Virus record (IMG/VR): IMGVR_UViG_3300009161_000021
Length of the DNA: 64,000 bases
Origin: a virus
Taxonomy: Duplodnaviria > Caudoviricetes
Direction: 5' to 3' (one strand)
In this document: positions 33,732-42,934 of the stretch, in pieces
How positions within the stretch are numbered: the stretch's first letter is position 1
How the letters are laid out: each line of letters starts with the position of its first letter
Program-made: the position numbers and the translations under genes
The notes under the pieces: model-generated
Database searches by the model: none
Seen by the model: only the letters and a program-made list of their open reading frames with translations
Told to the model about the DNA's origin: nothing

Positions 33732-36700
33732 TTAGACGAACTCGACGCCCGCCGGTGTGATGATAAAGTCGACAGCGATGAATTCTACCGCTCTTGTTGG
33801 AACCACAACAATTCGACCATTCAACCTGTACGCGGCAACATCGGCAGCAGTGTTATTCGTTGAATCCATGACGATCCTGAACTGCTCGATACCAGCCTGC
33901 GCCTTGATGAGACTCAGAAGCGGGGTGGCTCGATCGATGAAAGACTGCCTCGTTGTCGCGTCGTTGGGCTCGAACAGAAGGCCACGTGCCACGTCCTGGA
34001 TAACGCGCTTGAGCTCGAGGAAGAGCCTGCGAACGTTGACCCTATCGAAGGCCGACTTCGAAACCTGGAGTGTCTTCTGTCCGAAGATAACGAAACCGTT
34101 ACCAGGGAAGGTCGCGATTGGGTTAATTCTGTTATCGTACAGGTAGTCGCGATCGGATGTGTTAAGCCTTACTTCAACGTTGGTGACGAAGTCAAGAGCA
34201 GCCCTGTTGAATCCAGCCGGCGCGTACCATGGGTAGGCGACTCTGTCGCTGTACGCAAGAGCGCCGAGAGCAGCGATGGAGGCGGGCGCCTTGACCCTTC
34301 TGTTCGTTGTTGTATCATTGACGAACACATCCGGGAAGTAGGTAGCGACGTAGTTGTTGTTGAGTGACCTTGCGGTAACAGCGTCAGCGGTCTTCGTGAC
34401 GTTCGGCTTCAACGCAGAATCCTCAAAGATTCTAACATTTGCGTCGGAGTAAGCCGGAGCATCAAGAACGTACATTCCAAGAGCGTAGGACGAAAGCCTG
34501 CGAGCGAGGTAGTCGGTCACGAGCGGCTCGCGGACGCCGGGCGTTGCGATCACATTGACATTGACGGTGTACTTGTCAGTCATGAGCTTCGAAGCGACCC
34601 TGTAGGAGTTCACAGCGTTGTTGCTAAGGCTGCTGCCCGCCGGGTCGTAACCGAGACCTGATCTTGCGATCGGCTCAACACCACCTGCCGCGAGCCCACC
34701 GGACTCCGTTGAGGTGGCACGATCCCCGAGCTTCGCAGAAGCTGCGTCGAGGATGTTGACTCCGTCGAATCCACCGTAGAACATCGTCGAGAACTTTGCG
34801 TACTCAGCGAACTTGTTGAATGTGTTCGCCGAACCTGAAAGCAGTGAGGCGAAGGTGATTCGGCTTCCACCAAGAGCGGCATCAGCGATCCTGTAGTCCG
34901 TTGTGCTCGGAACTCCATTCCTGATGTAAGCCGTCTCCTTCATGTGAGCTTCGACAGTTCCCGTGACATCCGTTAGTGATGTGTTGGAAAGTGCGACCCT
35001 AGCGAGAGTGAACTTATTCGCGTTGAAGATATCGGCATCGGATCCAGTCACGAGAGCGTCGAGCTTCTGGATTCCCTGCATCTTCGAGTAGGAAAGGATA
35101 AGAGGATTGAACTCGGTCCCATCGTTGGAGTTCATCACGGCGCTTGAGATGGAAGCTGTCGCAGGCAGACGCTCGAACTTCACGCCCCAGTGGTAGCGTG
35201 AGTCAGGAATCTCGAGGAGACCCGGCGATCCGATGTAGGCAGATCCGTCCACGGTTCCCTTCGTCGCCTTGAAGCGGAACGGAAGCGGTGGAACGATCGA
35301 GCCCGTGAGGGTTGTCGCAACGGAGCTGCTGCAGTAAAGTCTCGGGAGAGCGTTCGCACCAGCACCGTAGGTTCTCGTTCCCTCGGTGAGAGCCGAGGAA
35401 GTGTCGGTCAGGGTCTGCGATGTTCTGACAACCGGGATACCCTTGAATCCGAACGGAAGGGCGCTTGCGGGAACAACACCCGTCGTGAGACCAGCTGCCG
35501 TGATGACCCTGATCCTGCGACTTGCGTTCGGGAAGTTTCCATTGATCACAAGACGCTGCTCGGACTCGTCGCTTGCGTCGAAGTTGTAAGAGACCTTGAG
35601 GTCACCGATCTTCTTAGCGACGTAGTTCTGGCTCGCTGGGTTGATGTCGCAACCTGCGAAGGTCTCCAGAATCTGGGGAGAAGTGTCAGAGTCGTACAGG
35701 TCGCGAACGTTGACATCGAAGGTGCCGTACGGATTTCTCGGATCCGTCGAGGCCTTCACGTTGGAGATCGAGACCTTGTAGAGAGCGTTTCCTGACTCTC
35801 CGTCGGTGAGAGTCTCAAAGTAGAAGAGCTCATGCTCGAGGCTTCCGAAGGGCTGCGAGATGATCGCGGGAGTCCGGGCTGTCGTGTAACGTGTGTCGAA
35901 CCGCCCAAAATTCTGGAGGTATGTGTTCGACGATCCTGAGGCGACCGCGACGCAGCTGTCACCCGTGACATCGAGACCGACGAGCTCGTCCTCGATCGGG
36001 AAGTCGAGGTAGAGCACGTGCTGCTCAGCCTGGAACTTCTTCGGGTCCGTGTTGAAGACCTTACCGAAGTAATCATTCGCGCTCGGGTTGAGAGACGCTG
36101 TCAGGATTCGAAGCCCGCTGTAGCCGTCTGTCGTCCCGAAAGATGAGCCCTGCGAGCTCGAGATCACGAACTTGAACTTCTTGTAGTTCGAGGAAGCAGC
36201 ATTGAGATCCGTTGAGGCAACATCATCGATCACCGAGCCGCCGCCGGACCACTGGGAGTTTGCTCCCGTCATGTCGAGAACCATTCCTCGCGCACCGGTC
36301 GGGAACATGAGAACGCCACGAACGATGTTCAGGGTGTCTCCGATGGAGGGCGGGTTGAAGCTTGGGTTCTCGCTGAAAATCGGGAATCCCTTCCACTCAG
36401 AAGGTGTGGTTGAGCTTGCTGGGATCGAGTGACGGGCGACAAGGAACTGCACGGCTCCTGTCTTACGGGCGTCGCCAGCCGGGAGGGCGACGGTTGATCC
36501 TGTCACCTTGAATCCAGCGTTGCGCACCACACCCTGAGTCAGGGTCGTTGCGACGTCGGACATGCTCGCGTTTGCACCCGCGCCGAGGACGCGGATGAAG
36601 GTGAGGGCACCCTTGTGCTTCAGCCACTCATTGGCGGCGTAAGTTGCAGGACGATCCGGGTCAAGGCCGCCGAAGCGAGCCGAAAAATCCGAAAAAGACG

Positions 36701-36842
36701 ACACGGTCGTCGGCACAAAGGCCGGCCCCGAGGCTGCGGCTCCGATGAGCCCACCTGGGACGCCCGTCGGTTGCGCGCCCGGGGCGGTAAGCTCTATCTC
36801 CCGTTCAAAGAATCCAGGAGAGCGAAAGATTTGTTCCGACAT
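33732..36842 (-). CDS. Contractile tail sheath protein, paralogue 2
   Basis: 1036 aa; FRSPGFFEREI, GPAFVPT, ATYFPDV, PWYAPAGFNRA, RINPIATFP, FGQKTLQ, DRVNVRRL, LLFEPND, VPTRAVEFI. Confidence 0.92.
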   Translation of the reverse strand: MSEQIFRSPGFFEREIELTAPGAQPTGVPGGLIGAAASGPAFVPTTVSSFSDFSARFGGLDPDRPATYAANEWLKHKGALTFIRVLGAGANASMSDVATTLTQGVVRNAGFKVTGSTVALPAGDARKTGAVQFLVARHSIPASSTTPSEWKGFPIFSENPSFNPPSIGDTLNIVRGVLMFPTGARGMVLDMTGANSQWSGGGSVIDDVASTDLNAASSNYKKFKFVISSSQGSSFGTTDGYSGLRILTASLNPSANDYFGKVFNTDPKKFQAEQHVLYLDFPIEDELVGLDVTGDSCVAVASGSSNTYLQNFGRFDTRYTTARTPAIISQPFGSLEHELFYFETLTDGESGNALYKVSISNVKASTDPRNPYGTFDVNVRDLYDSDTSPQILETFAGCDINPASQNYVAKKIGDLKVSYNFDASDESEQRLVINGNFPNASRRIRVITAAGLTTGVVPASALPFGFKGIPVVRTSQTLTDTSSALTEGTRTYGAGANALPRLYCSSSVATTLTGSIVPPLPFRFKATKGTVDGSAYIGSPGLLEIPDSRYHWGVKFERLPATASISSAVMNSNDGTEFNPLILSYSKMQGIQKLDALVTGSDADIFNANKFTLARVALSNTSLTDVTGTVEAHMKETAYIRNGVPSTTDYRIADAALGGSRITFASLLSGSANTFNKFAEYAKFSTMFYGGFDGVNILDAASAKLGDRATSTESGGLAAGGVEPIARSGLGYDPAGSSLSNNAVNSYRVASKLMTDKYTVNVNVIATPGVREPLVTDYLARRLSSYALGMYVLDAPAYSDANVRIFEDSALKPNVTKTADAVTARSLNNNYVATYFPDVFVNDTTTNRRVKAPASIAALGALAYSDRVAYPWYAPAGFNRAALDFVTNVEVRLNTSDRDYLYDNRINPIATFPGNGFVIFGQKTLQVSKSAFDRVNVRRLFLELKRVIQDVARGLLFEPNDATTRQSFIDRATPLLSLIKAQAGIEQFRIVMDSTNNTAADVAAYRLNGRIVVVPTRAVEFIAVDFIITPAGVEFV

Positions 36843-36876
36843 CAGTTGCTCCTAATCATATGGGCTAATCAAAAGC

Positions 36877-36883
36877 TAAGTAT
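36877..36883 (-). promoter_or_regulatory. Late-promoter-like motif ATACTTA upstream of sheath 2
   Basis: Recurrent ATANTTA motif in an intergenic gap. Confidence 0.6.
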
Positions 36884-36907
36884 CACGAAGGAAGCGAAAC
36901 GACGACA

Positions 36908-38164
36908 TCATTTTAGATCCCTGTCCGATTTTAATGGGTTGTTTATCGTTGTCAGGATCTCCTCTCCGTGGGCCCTGGAGACACTTCTCACTTTGACCAT
37001 AACGTCCATCTGCTTTCCCGTCAGAGGGTCCTCTGTGAGCTTCCTGGTGGTGCTACGTGATGAGATGGAGGATGACTCGGTACCGCCCACAGCGGTTGAA
37101 GCAGCTGGGAGCTGGGCTGACTGCCTCTTGTCCACACCACCCGCGGCAGTTTCAGCTTGTCGGGCGGAGCTCAAGGATGTCATGCCCATGATTGTCGGGT
37201 CATCGACAGTCGAGATTGGGTCCAGGATCCTTGAATCGATCCTCATATCGTCGACATTCCCAGCTGGCAGCTCGTCATCGACTCCCGCAACGATACCGAA
37301 AGTGAATTGGGTCGCGGAGACAAACCTCCGCAGCCCGTTCGGAACGCCCGGGGACGTGGGCAGAACTATAAAAGCGGGAACATTGACGGTGAAGGAGTGC
37401 TTTATCGTCCTCTCATCATCCGTCATGTTGTCGAAAGTTGTGTCCGAGGAGATGTCCGGGTCGAACATCGCATTGAACCAGTACCCGCTCGGGGTCTCTA
37501 TCCTGTAAGATCTTGCGCGGACGTTGTGGTACCCACTCATGATCGTCGTGAGGATGTCGTTGCTGTGCTGCATGAACTGGGTCCAGAGAGTAACCTCGTA
37601 CTTCGCGGTGAAAAACTTCGGAACAGGTATCGAGATCGTCTCGTATATTCCAGCCCCCAGGTTCGGCTCAAGTAGCCTACCGTCGAGTGTCCTTCCCGGA
37701 CGATCGAGGTGCGGTCTCCTAGATTCGATGCCCGTGTTTCTGAGACCCTGCGCGTTTATTATTCTCTGGTAGAGCGGGTCATCCTTCGAGAGCCTTCTCT
37801 TGATGTCTATTGTTCCGAGATCTCCCATCTCTATCGACTTCGCAGCCTGCTGCTCGATCCCGCTTCTCACTATCGTTATCAGAGGGACGATAAGCGCACC
37901 GTTCTTGTCACGTAGGGGATCCTTTCTCCTGTTGATAGCGAAGCGCTCACCGGTCGCGAATATGACCGGAACCTTCTTCGTGCTTCCATCCTTGAGAGCG
38001 TATATCAGTGGAAGGTCCTTTTCGAACAGGCTGAATATCGCGCGATCAACGTCCTCCACCCCACATGATGGTACGGTGATATCCTCGGGGACTGAGGTTC
38101 CCTCGTACCCAAGGCTGATCGAATCTCTGCCGTACTTTTTCCTAGTTGAGTATCTCGTGCTCAT
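36908..38164 (-). CDS. Tail completion / terminator protein (T4 gp15-like)
   Basis: VEDVDRAIFSLF, VPVIFATGERF, LIVPLITIVR, IPVPKFFTAKYEVTLWT; lies between the neck and sheath genes. Confidence 0.65.
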   Translation of the reverse strand: MSTRYSTRKKYGRDSISLGYEGTSVPEDITVPSCGVEDVDRAIFSLFEKDLPLIYALKDGSTKKVPVIFATGERFAINRRKDPLRDKNGALIVPLITIVRSGIEQQAAKSIEMGDLGTIDIKRRLSKDDPLYQRIINAQGLRNTGIESRRPHLDRPGRTLDGRLLEPNLGAGIYETISIPVPKFFTAKYEVTLWTQFMQHSNDILTTIMSGYHNVRARSYRIETPSGYWFNAMFDPDISSDTTFDNMTDDERTIKHSFTVNVPAFIVLPTSPGVPNGLRRFVSATQFTFGIVAGVDDELPAGNVDDMRIDSRILDPISTVDDPTIMGMTSLSSARQAETAAGGVDKRQSAQLPAASTAVGGTESSSISSRSTTRKLTEDPLTGKQMDVMVKVRSVSRAHGEEILTTINNPLKSDRDLK

Positions 38165-38814
38165 TCGTCACCGTAGAAAGATGAATTGATCCCATCGGGT
38201 GCGACCTTCTTCGGACCGGTGAGCGGGGCCTCAAGTTTTCCGTCAGCCTGCAGCTCACGCCGGTCCGCAGTCTCGCCAGACTCGTTTGATGCTGCACCTC
38301 GTTGCTGAACGAACGTCGTCTGCGTGATCTTTTCCTCCTCGAGATTCTGAGCGGCGGGACCCGGAGCGGTCCTGCTGATGAGATCCTGCCTTGCCTGCTT
38401 ACCCATGAGCTTGTAGCCGGTGACATGTTCCACCTGCCCGAATATCTTGCTGATCGTCACGACCTGTGTGATCTCAAAGAAAACGGATCCGTACGACATG
38501 AAATCGCCCATCTTCATACGAAGACCTCGGTCCGTGAGATCCTGAGCGTGCACCCTGGCCTCGATCGAGTGAAATTTCTCGCTTCCGAACTTGCTCGTCT
38601 TCACCTCACCGGGTGACCATTCAACGAGAGCATCGATCTCTATCGGAGGATCGAACACCTTCTCGGTCGATTCCTCGTAAACATCGTGAACCTGGGTGAC
38701 GTCCGTCCTGATAGGATAGTAGTATATCTTCTGACCGATGACGTCCTTGATGATCTCCTTCGTGAGGTCGCTTATGAGATCAAGCTCACGAGGGGTGATG
38801 AAAAGTCTTGCCAT
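38161..38814 (-). CDS. Neck / head-closure protein (T4 gp14-like)
   Basis: IKDVIGQKIYYY, VYEESTEKVFDPPIEIDALVEW, KMGDFMSYG; position in the neck cluster. Confidence 0.7.
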   Translation of the reverse strand: MARLFITPRELDLISDLTKEIIKDVIGQKIYYYPIRTDVTQVHDVYEESTEKVFDPPIEIDALVEWSPGEVKTSKFGSEKFHSIEARVHAQDLTDRGLRMKMGDFMSYGSVFFEITQVVTISKIFGQVEHVTGYKLMGKQARQDLISRTAPGPAAQNLEEEKITQTTFVQQRGAASNESGETADRRELQADGKLEAPLTGPKKVAPDGINSSFYGDE

Positions 38815-38818
38815 CTGA

Positions 38819-39991
38819 TCACCCGATCGTTATGACACGACCCATCGGTATCGGTGTCGCCTTGAGTATCTTCTGAACATTGTCAACCTCTGCTGCCTTC
38901 GTCTCGATGAGCTTGTTGTAAGTCATCGAGTCCAGCATTTCCTTGAGATCTGTTCGAAGCTTATCTTTCTCCTCTTTCGCCGATGACTTCAGATCTCCGC
39001 CGTCCAGTTGAAGCTCACCCCCCGGGATCGGAACGGACCCAAACTTGGACCTGATCATACCCAAAAGCTCCTTGGCGAGGGCAAGCGCGTACTGCCGGAC
39101 CCACTGACGAGCCATGGAATTCACCCTCGCGTAAACGAAATTACCGTAGGGAACGTTGGATAGATTTGAGACACCCGACACCGAGGCATCCGGTATCGAT
39201 GGGTTTAACGGGTTGGATTCGAATCCCACACGGACCCAGAGCTTCAGGGGGTTTGTCGCTGTCGGTGATGGGAATATCCTGATCTTCGTTCCCGTTACAC
39301 GGTAGCTGTAGTTCGAACGACGGACCCTGTTCGAGATGTTCATCTGACCGCCACGGAGGATGTCCTCGAACACCGGCAGCACATAAAAGACGGTCTCTGG
39401 CGTGAACGACTCGAAGCTGAACTCGTTGTTGAGGTAGTTGATGGCCGATGTCGTATCGAAGAATCGATACGCTGCGGATGGGTTGAAGTGCATGATCTCG
39501 AAGATCCTCATCTTTCGATGCTCTGGATTTAGAGATGAGCTCACGACAGGTGTTCCGGTCGATGGATCCACAAGATCAGTGTAGAGATCATAATCCTGCA
39601 CATTCTGACGAAGCTGAATCGCGCCCGAAACTGCATTGTAGGTTCCACCGAGACCAGCCTCGACGGCGTAGGGCTCAGCCAAACGCACGATGTAGTTGAG
39701 GGTGTCACGAGGAAGCTTCTGGGTTGCCTCATCGAGACTTCCAGTCTGCATGCCGAGAAGCGAGAGCAGCTGGCTCTTCGCCTGGTACTGATTAACGATC
39801 GATCCGTATTCGAGGAAAGCTTCCTCGAAACATGACCAAATCTGCTTCTTCGTCAACTCGACAGACAGAACGTCATCTCCAAGACGACGTTTCACAAATG
39901 CCACCATCGCATCAGCTTCAGCCTGAAACGCGGTGTCGGAATCGAAAAAACCGAATGGAGTTGGGTTTAAGGTGGTCGTGAATGTTGACAT
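38819..39991 (-). CDS. Neck / head-tail adaptor protein (T4 gp13-like)
   Basis: VKRRLGDDVLSVEL, WVRQYALALAKELLGMIRSKF, PIPGGELQLDG. Confidence 0.75.
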   Translation of the reverse strand: MSTFTTTLNPTPFGFFDSDTAFQAEADAMVAFVKRRLGDDVLSVELTKKQIWSCFEEAFLEYGSIVNQYQAKSQLLSLLGMQTGSLDEATQKLPRDTLNYIVRLAEPYAVEAGLGGTYNAVSGAIQLRQNVQDYDLYTDLVDPSTGTPVVSSSLNPEHRKMRIFEIMHFNPSAAYRFFDTTSAINYLNNEFSFESFTPETVFYVLPVFEDILRGGQMNISNRVRRSNYSYRVTGTKIRIFPSPTATNPLKLWVRVGFESNPLNPSIPDASVSGVSNLSNVPYGNFVYARVNSMARQWVRQYALALAKELLGMIRSKFGSVPIPGGELQLDGGDLKSSAKEEKDKLRTDLKEMLDSMTYNKLIETKAAEVDNVQKILKATPIPMGRVITIG

Positions 39992-40015
39992 CTAGTGTCT
40001 CCGACCTTAAATAGG

Positions 40016-40040
40016 AACGAGCGGCGTGAAGCCGCTCGTT
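40016..40040. terminator. Hairpin between the PG-binding gene and the neck operon (terminator-like, no clear U-tract)
   Basis: AACGAGCGGC GTGAA GCCGCTCGTT, 10-bp stem. Confidence 0.4.
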
Positions 40041-40060
40041 CATTGATCAACGTGTGAAAC

Positions 40061-41128
40061 TTACTTCACGCTGGCCTGATTGGCCAAGTACGTCTTCTTC
40101 GCGGACTGTGAGGTCATGGCACCTGCAACCCCGACCATGGTTCCACCGCCCAGAGCGTACGGCTTCTTGGCAAGGATCAGGAGGCTGTCAGCCGTTGGGT
40201 TGTTGACGATGTAGATGAATCTGCTAGCCTCACGATTGGTGCCAGATGTCATCTCAACCGCGCTGTCCTCTCCCTTCGTTATGTCACCTGTAGCCGGAAC
40301 TCCTAGATGATTTGCGAATAGGACTTTGATCTCGGTCAGCTTCTGGATGATCATGCTTAACTCACTGCGGGTCGCAACGGTTCCAACAGATCTCGCCGTC
40401 TGCGCTGCATTTGCGAGGAGGACTGCGAACCGCAGGTTATCGCGGGCGAACAGCATCTTCTGGTCAAAGATGTTTCTGCCGTTTGTGGTATCCTGATACT
40501 GATCGATCGCCGTCTGGACCGACCTTGCCAGCAGGTTCATGACCGTGTTCACATCGCGCGCGGTCTGATCCTGACCGATCGGAGTGTTGGGCGCCTGAAC
40601 CTGCAATGTCGACTGCACAGGAGCCGTGTCGATGCCAGTCTTACCCGTGATCGCGGCCTGCTTTCCAATGAGAGCTGCAATAACATTTCGACCTACGACG
40701 CCGTCCACTGGAAGGCTAGCGGCGTTCTGGAAGGCTATCGTCGCTTTCTGAGTGTTAGGACCGTAGTCACCGTCGACCTTGAATCCTTTCGGCAGTGGAA
40801 TGCCTGAGGCGTTCATGGCAAGCTGCAGAAGCTCCTGATAGATGCTGACAGCGGTTCCCTTGGATCCGGTCTTTAAGGTGACCTGTCCCTGCCCTGCACC
40901 GGCGCCAGCATGAACCTGTAGGAACGTCGGGTCATTACGCATCCTATCGGCTAGGCTCACAGGAATCGTCCAGTTTCCAGCGTTGATCGGGGTACCTGGC
41001 ATTCCCAAGGGAATTCCCTGTCCGACCTTGATCGCACCGGAAATAGTGCGTGTGGCTGCCTGCTCTCTCATCGCTCTGTGAGCTTCCTCGCGTATGATAC
41101 GACGCAGCGTGGACTCAGAAATTAACAT
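40061..41128 (-). CDS. Peptidoglycan-binding-domain protein with the N-terminal shared helix motif
   Basis: LKTGSKGTAVSIYQELL...VDGDYGPNTQKATIAFQ..ASLPVDGVVG is a PG_binding_1 pattern; N-terminus MLISESTLRRIIREE. Confidence 0.8.
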   Translation of the reverse strand: MLISESTLRRIIREEAHRAMREQAATRTISGAIKVGQGIPLGMPGTPINAGNWTIPVSLADRMRNDPTFLQVHAGAGAGQGQVTLKTGSKGTAVSIYQELLQLAMNASGIPLPKGFKVDGDYGPNTQKATIAFQNAASLPVDGVVGRNVIAALIGKQAAITGKTGIDTAPVQSTLQVQAPNTPIGQDQTARDVNTVMNLLARSVQTAIDQYQDTTNGRNIFDQKMLFARDNLRFAVLLANAAQTARSVGTVATRSELSMIIQKLTEIKVLFANHLGVPATGDITKGEDSAVEMTSGTNREASRFIYIVNNPTADSLLILAKKPYALGGGTMVGVAGAMTSQSAKKTYLANQASVK

Positions 41129-41131
41129 GAT

Positions 41132-42934
41132 TTATCTCCCTTTCTTGTATTTATTTTTGTTCTTGACACTTTCAAAAAGAATCTTAAGCAGAGATGACCT
41201 TCTGCGGGAATCGACAATCGCTCCGTGCTCACCCTTCAGGATGGACCAGTACTTGTCCTTCATCTCCGGACTCAAGGTCTGGGGCACGTACTGGTCGAAT
41301 GACTGCTTATCATCGGCGGCGAGAAACTGCCTCATCCTTGTCCCTGAGATCTGGACGGTCTCAGCTCTCGATACCGGACGCTGCTCGAATTTCTCTATGA
41401 CAGCTGGATCCCTGATGTTATCAGCCATCTTCGAGGGTGAGTATTTCACCCGAGCGTCCTCATCGTCAGAGTAGAACACGAACTTGCTGACAACGTTCTT
41501 CAGCTGACGCATCTTATCGACAGCGAGGCTCAGCGGAGATTCCGGTGAGATGATGAGGGTCGCATTCGGAAAATCACGGTGAAACTGGGGCTCCAGCACC
41601 GCCTTCCACGCGTCGATCATCACGCCCGGTGGCAGCTCATCGCGGCCAGCGGTCGAAGTGATTATGAGAGCCTCGTCGCACTCCTGAGATGCGAGGCTGA
41701 TCATCTGCCAGTGACCAGCGTGGACGGGCTTTCCAGAGACTACGAAGATTCCAATGCTGATTCCGTTCTGCGTCCCAATCTCGAGACGCTTCATCACCTG
41801 CGTCTTCGTTGTGAGGAACAGGTCCTCCTGACGTTGTATGAGAGTCTTCGGATGATTTAGAGCACCCAATCGATTCGAGATCGCAGCGTCGAAGTAACAC
41901 TCCGCGTGGATCCTCTCGAAAATTTCATCGAGATCGCTCTCGGGCACGTTTCGACGCTGGGCGGGAGCGTGCTCAGACGAGATCTCATTGGCGATGCTAA
42001 CGATGCCGTTCCAGTAAGCCTGTTCGTCCTCCTTCGTCGCAGCCCTAAACTTCTGCTTGATCGCCTGTCGATGCTCAACATCGTGCTGGTCAAAACGAAG
42101 TGCCTTGTACAGGGCCTGGGTGGCCGACGTCCTAAAGACAGATCCCTCTGCTGGTGAGCGCTCGCTCTCTGTTGAGAGCGATGTATCGAAGTCAGAGAAT
42201 AAATCGTAGATAGAATCGACTATCTTCAGAACTCGATCAGGACCAGAGTCTCCGTAAGCTGCTCTTAGCTTTGAATCAAGGTCGGCAGCCCGTCGCTCGA
42301 TGGAAGCGCTCTTGATGCCCGACTTCAATCCCTGGAATGACTCGAGGTTACCTTCGAAGAGAACGGGATATGTCTGAACTCCGAGCAACCTGGCATACTC
42401 CTCGAGCTTTGCCTCATCGTTCTGCGGAGTGATGTTCGAGACAAGATAGGTTCCTGTCACCTTGTACCTTGAAGGACCGAAGAGGGTCAGGAAGATCCCA
42501 TGCTTCCGAGGATACTCACGGCTGATCGTTGGCTTCCGCTGAACAAACTCGAGAAAGAATTCGGTCCCGGGAGGAATCGCAGCGGTGTTTCTATGAACCT
42601 GCGCAAGGTGAGAGTGAACGAGAGAGTACTGAGCTGTTCCGGATGATCCTGAACGAACCTCCTCCTCGCGTGCAGCAAGGCCGCGTGCCTCACCCGGATA
42701 GATGACGTTGCCCTTGTAAGCGATGTACCAATTCTTGGTGTAATCTTCTGGATCGAACGCGTTGTTTCGACGGAGGAGCGTGAGCTTCGTGCCGTCGATC
42801 TTCTCTACGATCTTGATGCTGGGATCACTCAGGAACACCTGGGCTTTCTTTATATCATTGGCCCGCGCGCGTGGAGACGCGTCAGGACGAACCATGACCT
42901 TCTTGAGATCTTCGATCGAGATATCGGTTGACAT
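41132..42934 (-). CDS. Fusion of an RNA-ligase-like (Rnl2/ATP-grasp) adenylyltransferase domain and an HxGH class I nucleotidyltransferase domain
   Basis: Ligase motifs I EKIDG, III EFFLEF, IV AEGSVF, V LYKA. C-domain VVSGKPVHAGH and ISGTRMR (HxGH and SxTxxR signatures of the NMNAT/PPAT/cytidylyltransferase fold). Confidence 0.7.
   Translation of the reverse strand: MSTDISIEDLKKVMVRPDASPRARANDIKKAQVFLSDPSIKIVEKIDGTKLTLLRRNNAFDPEDYTKNWYIAYKGNVIYPGEARGLAAREEEVRSGSSGTAQYSLVHSHLAQVHRNTAAIPPGTEFFLEFVQRKPTISREYPRKHGIFLTLFGPSRYKVTGTYLVSNITPQNDEAKLEEYARLLGVQTYPVLFEGNLESFQGLKSGIKSASIERRAADLDSKLRAAYGDSGPDRVLKIVDSIYDLFSDFDTSLSTESERSPAEGSVFRTSATQALYKALRFDQHDVEHRQAIKQKFRAATKEDEQAYWNGIVSIANEISSEHAPAQRRNVPESDLDEIFERIHAECYFDAAISNRLGALNHPKTLIQRQEDLFLTTKTQVMKRLEIGTQNGISIGIFVVSGKPVHAGHWQMISLASQECDEALIITSTAGRDELPPGVMIDAWKAVLEPQFHRDFPNATLIISPESPLSLAVDKMRQLKNVVSKFVFYSDDEDARVKYSPSKMADNIRDPAVIEKFEQRPVSRAETVQISGTRMRQFLAADDKQSFDQYVPQTLSPEMKDKYWSILKGEHGAIVDSRRRSSLLKILFESVKNKNKYKKGR

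Noticed and set aside
36615-37508. 297-aa plus-strand ORF spanning the sheath 2 / tail completion junction
   Set aside because: Overlaps two convincing minus-strand genes and has no protein-like motif.
16367-38164. Interpretation as an extracellular contractile injection system or tailocin
   Set aside because: Capsid, scaffold, protease, portal, terminase and replication genes are contiguous, so this is a complete phage module.
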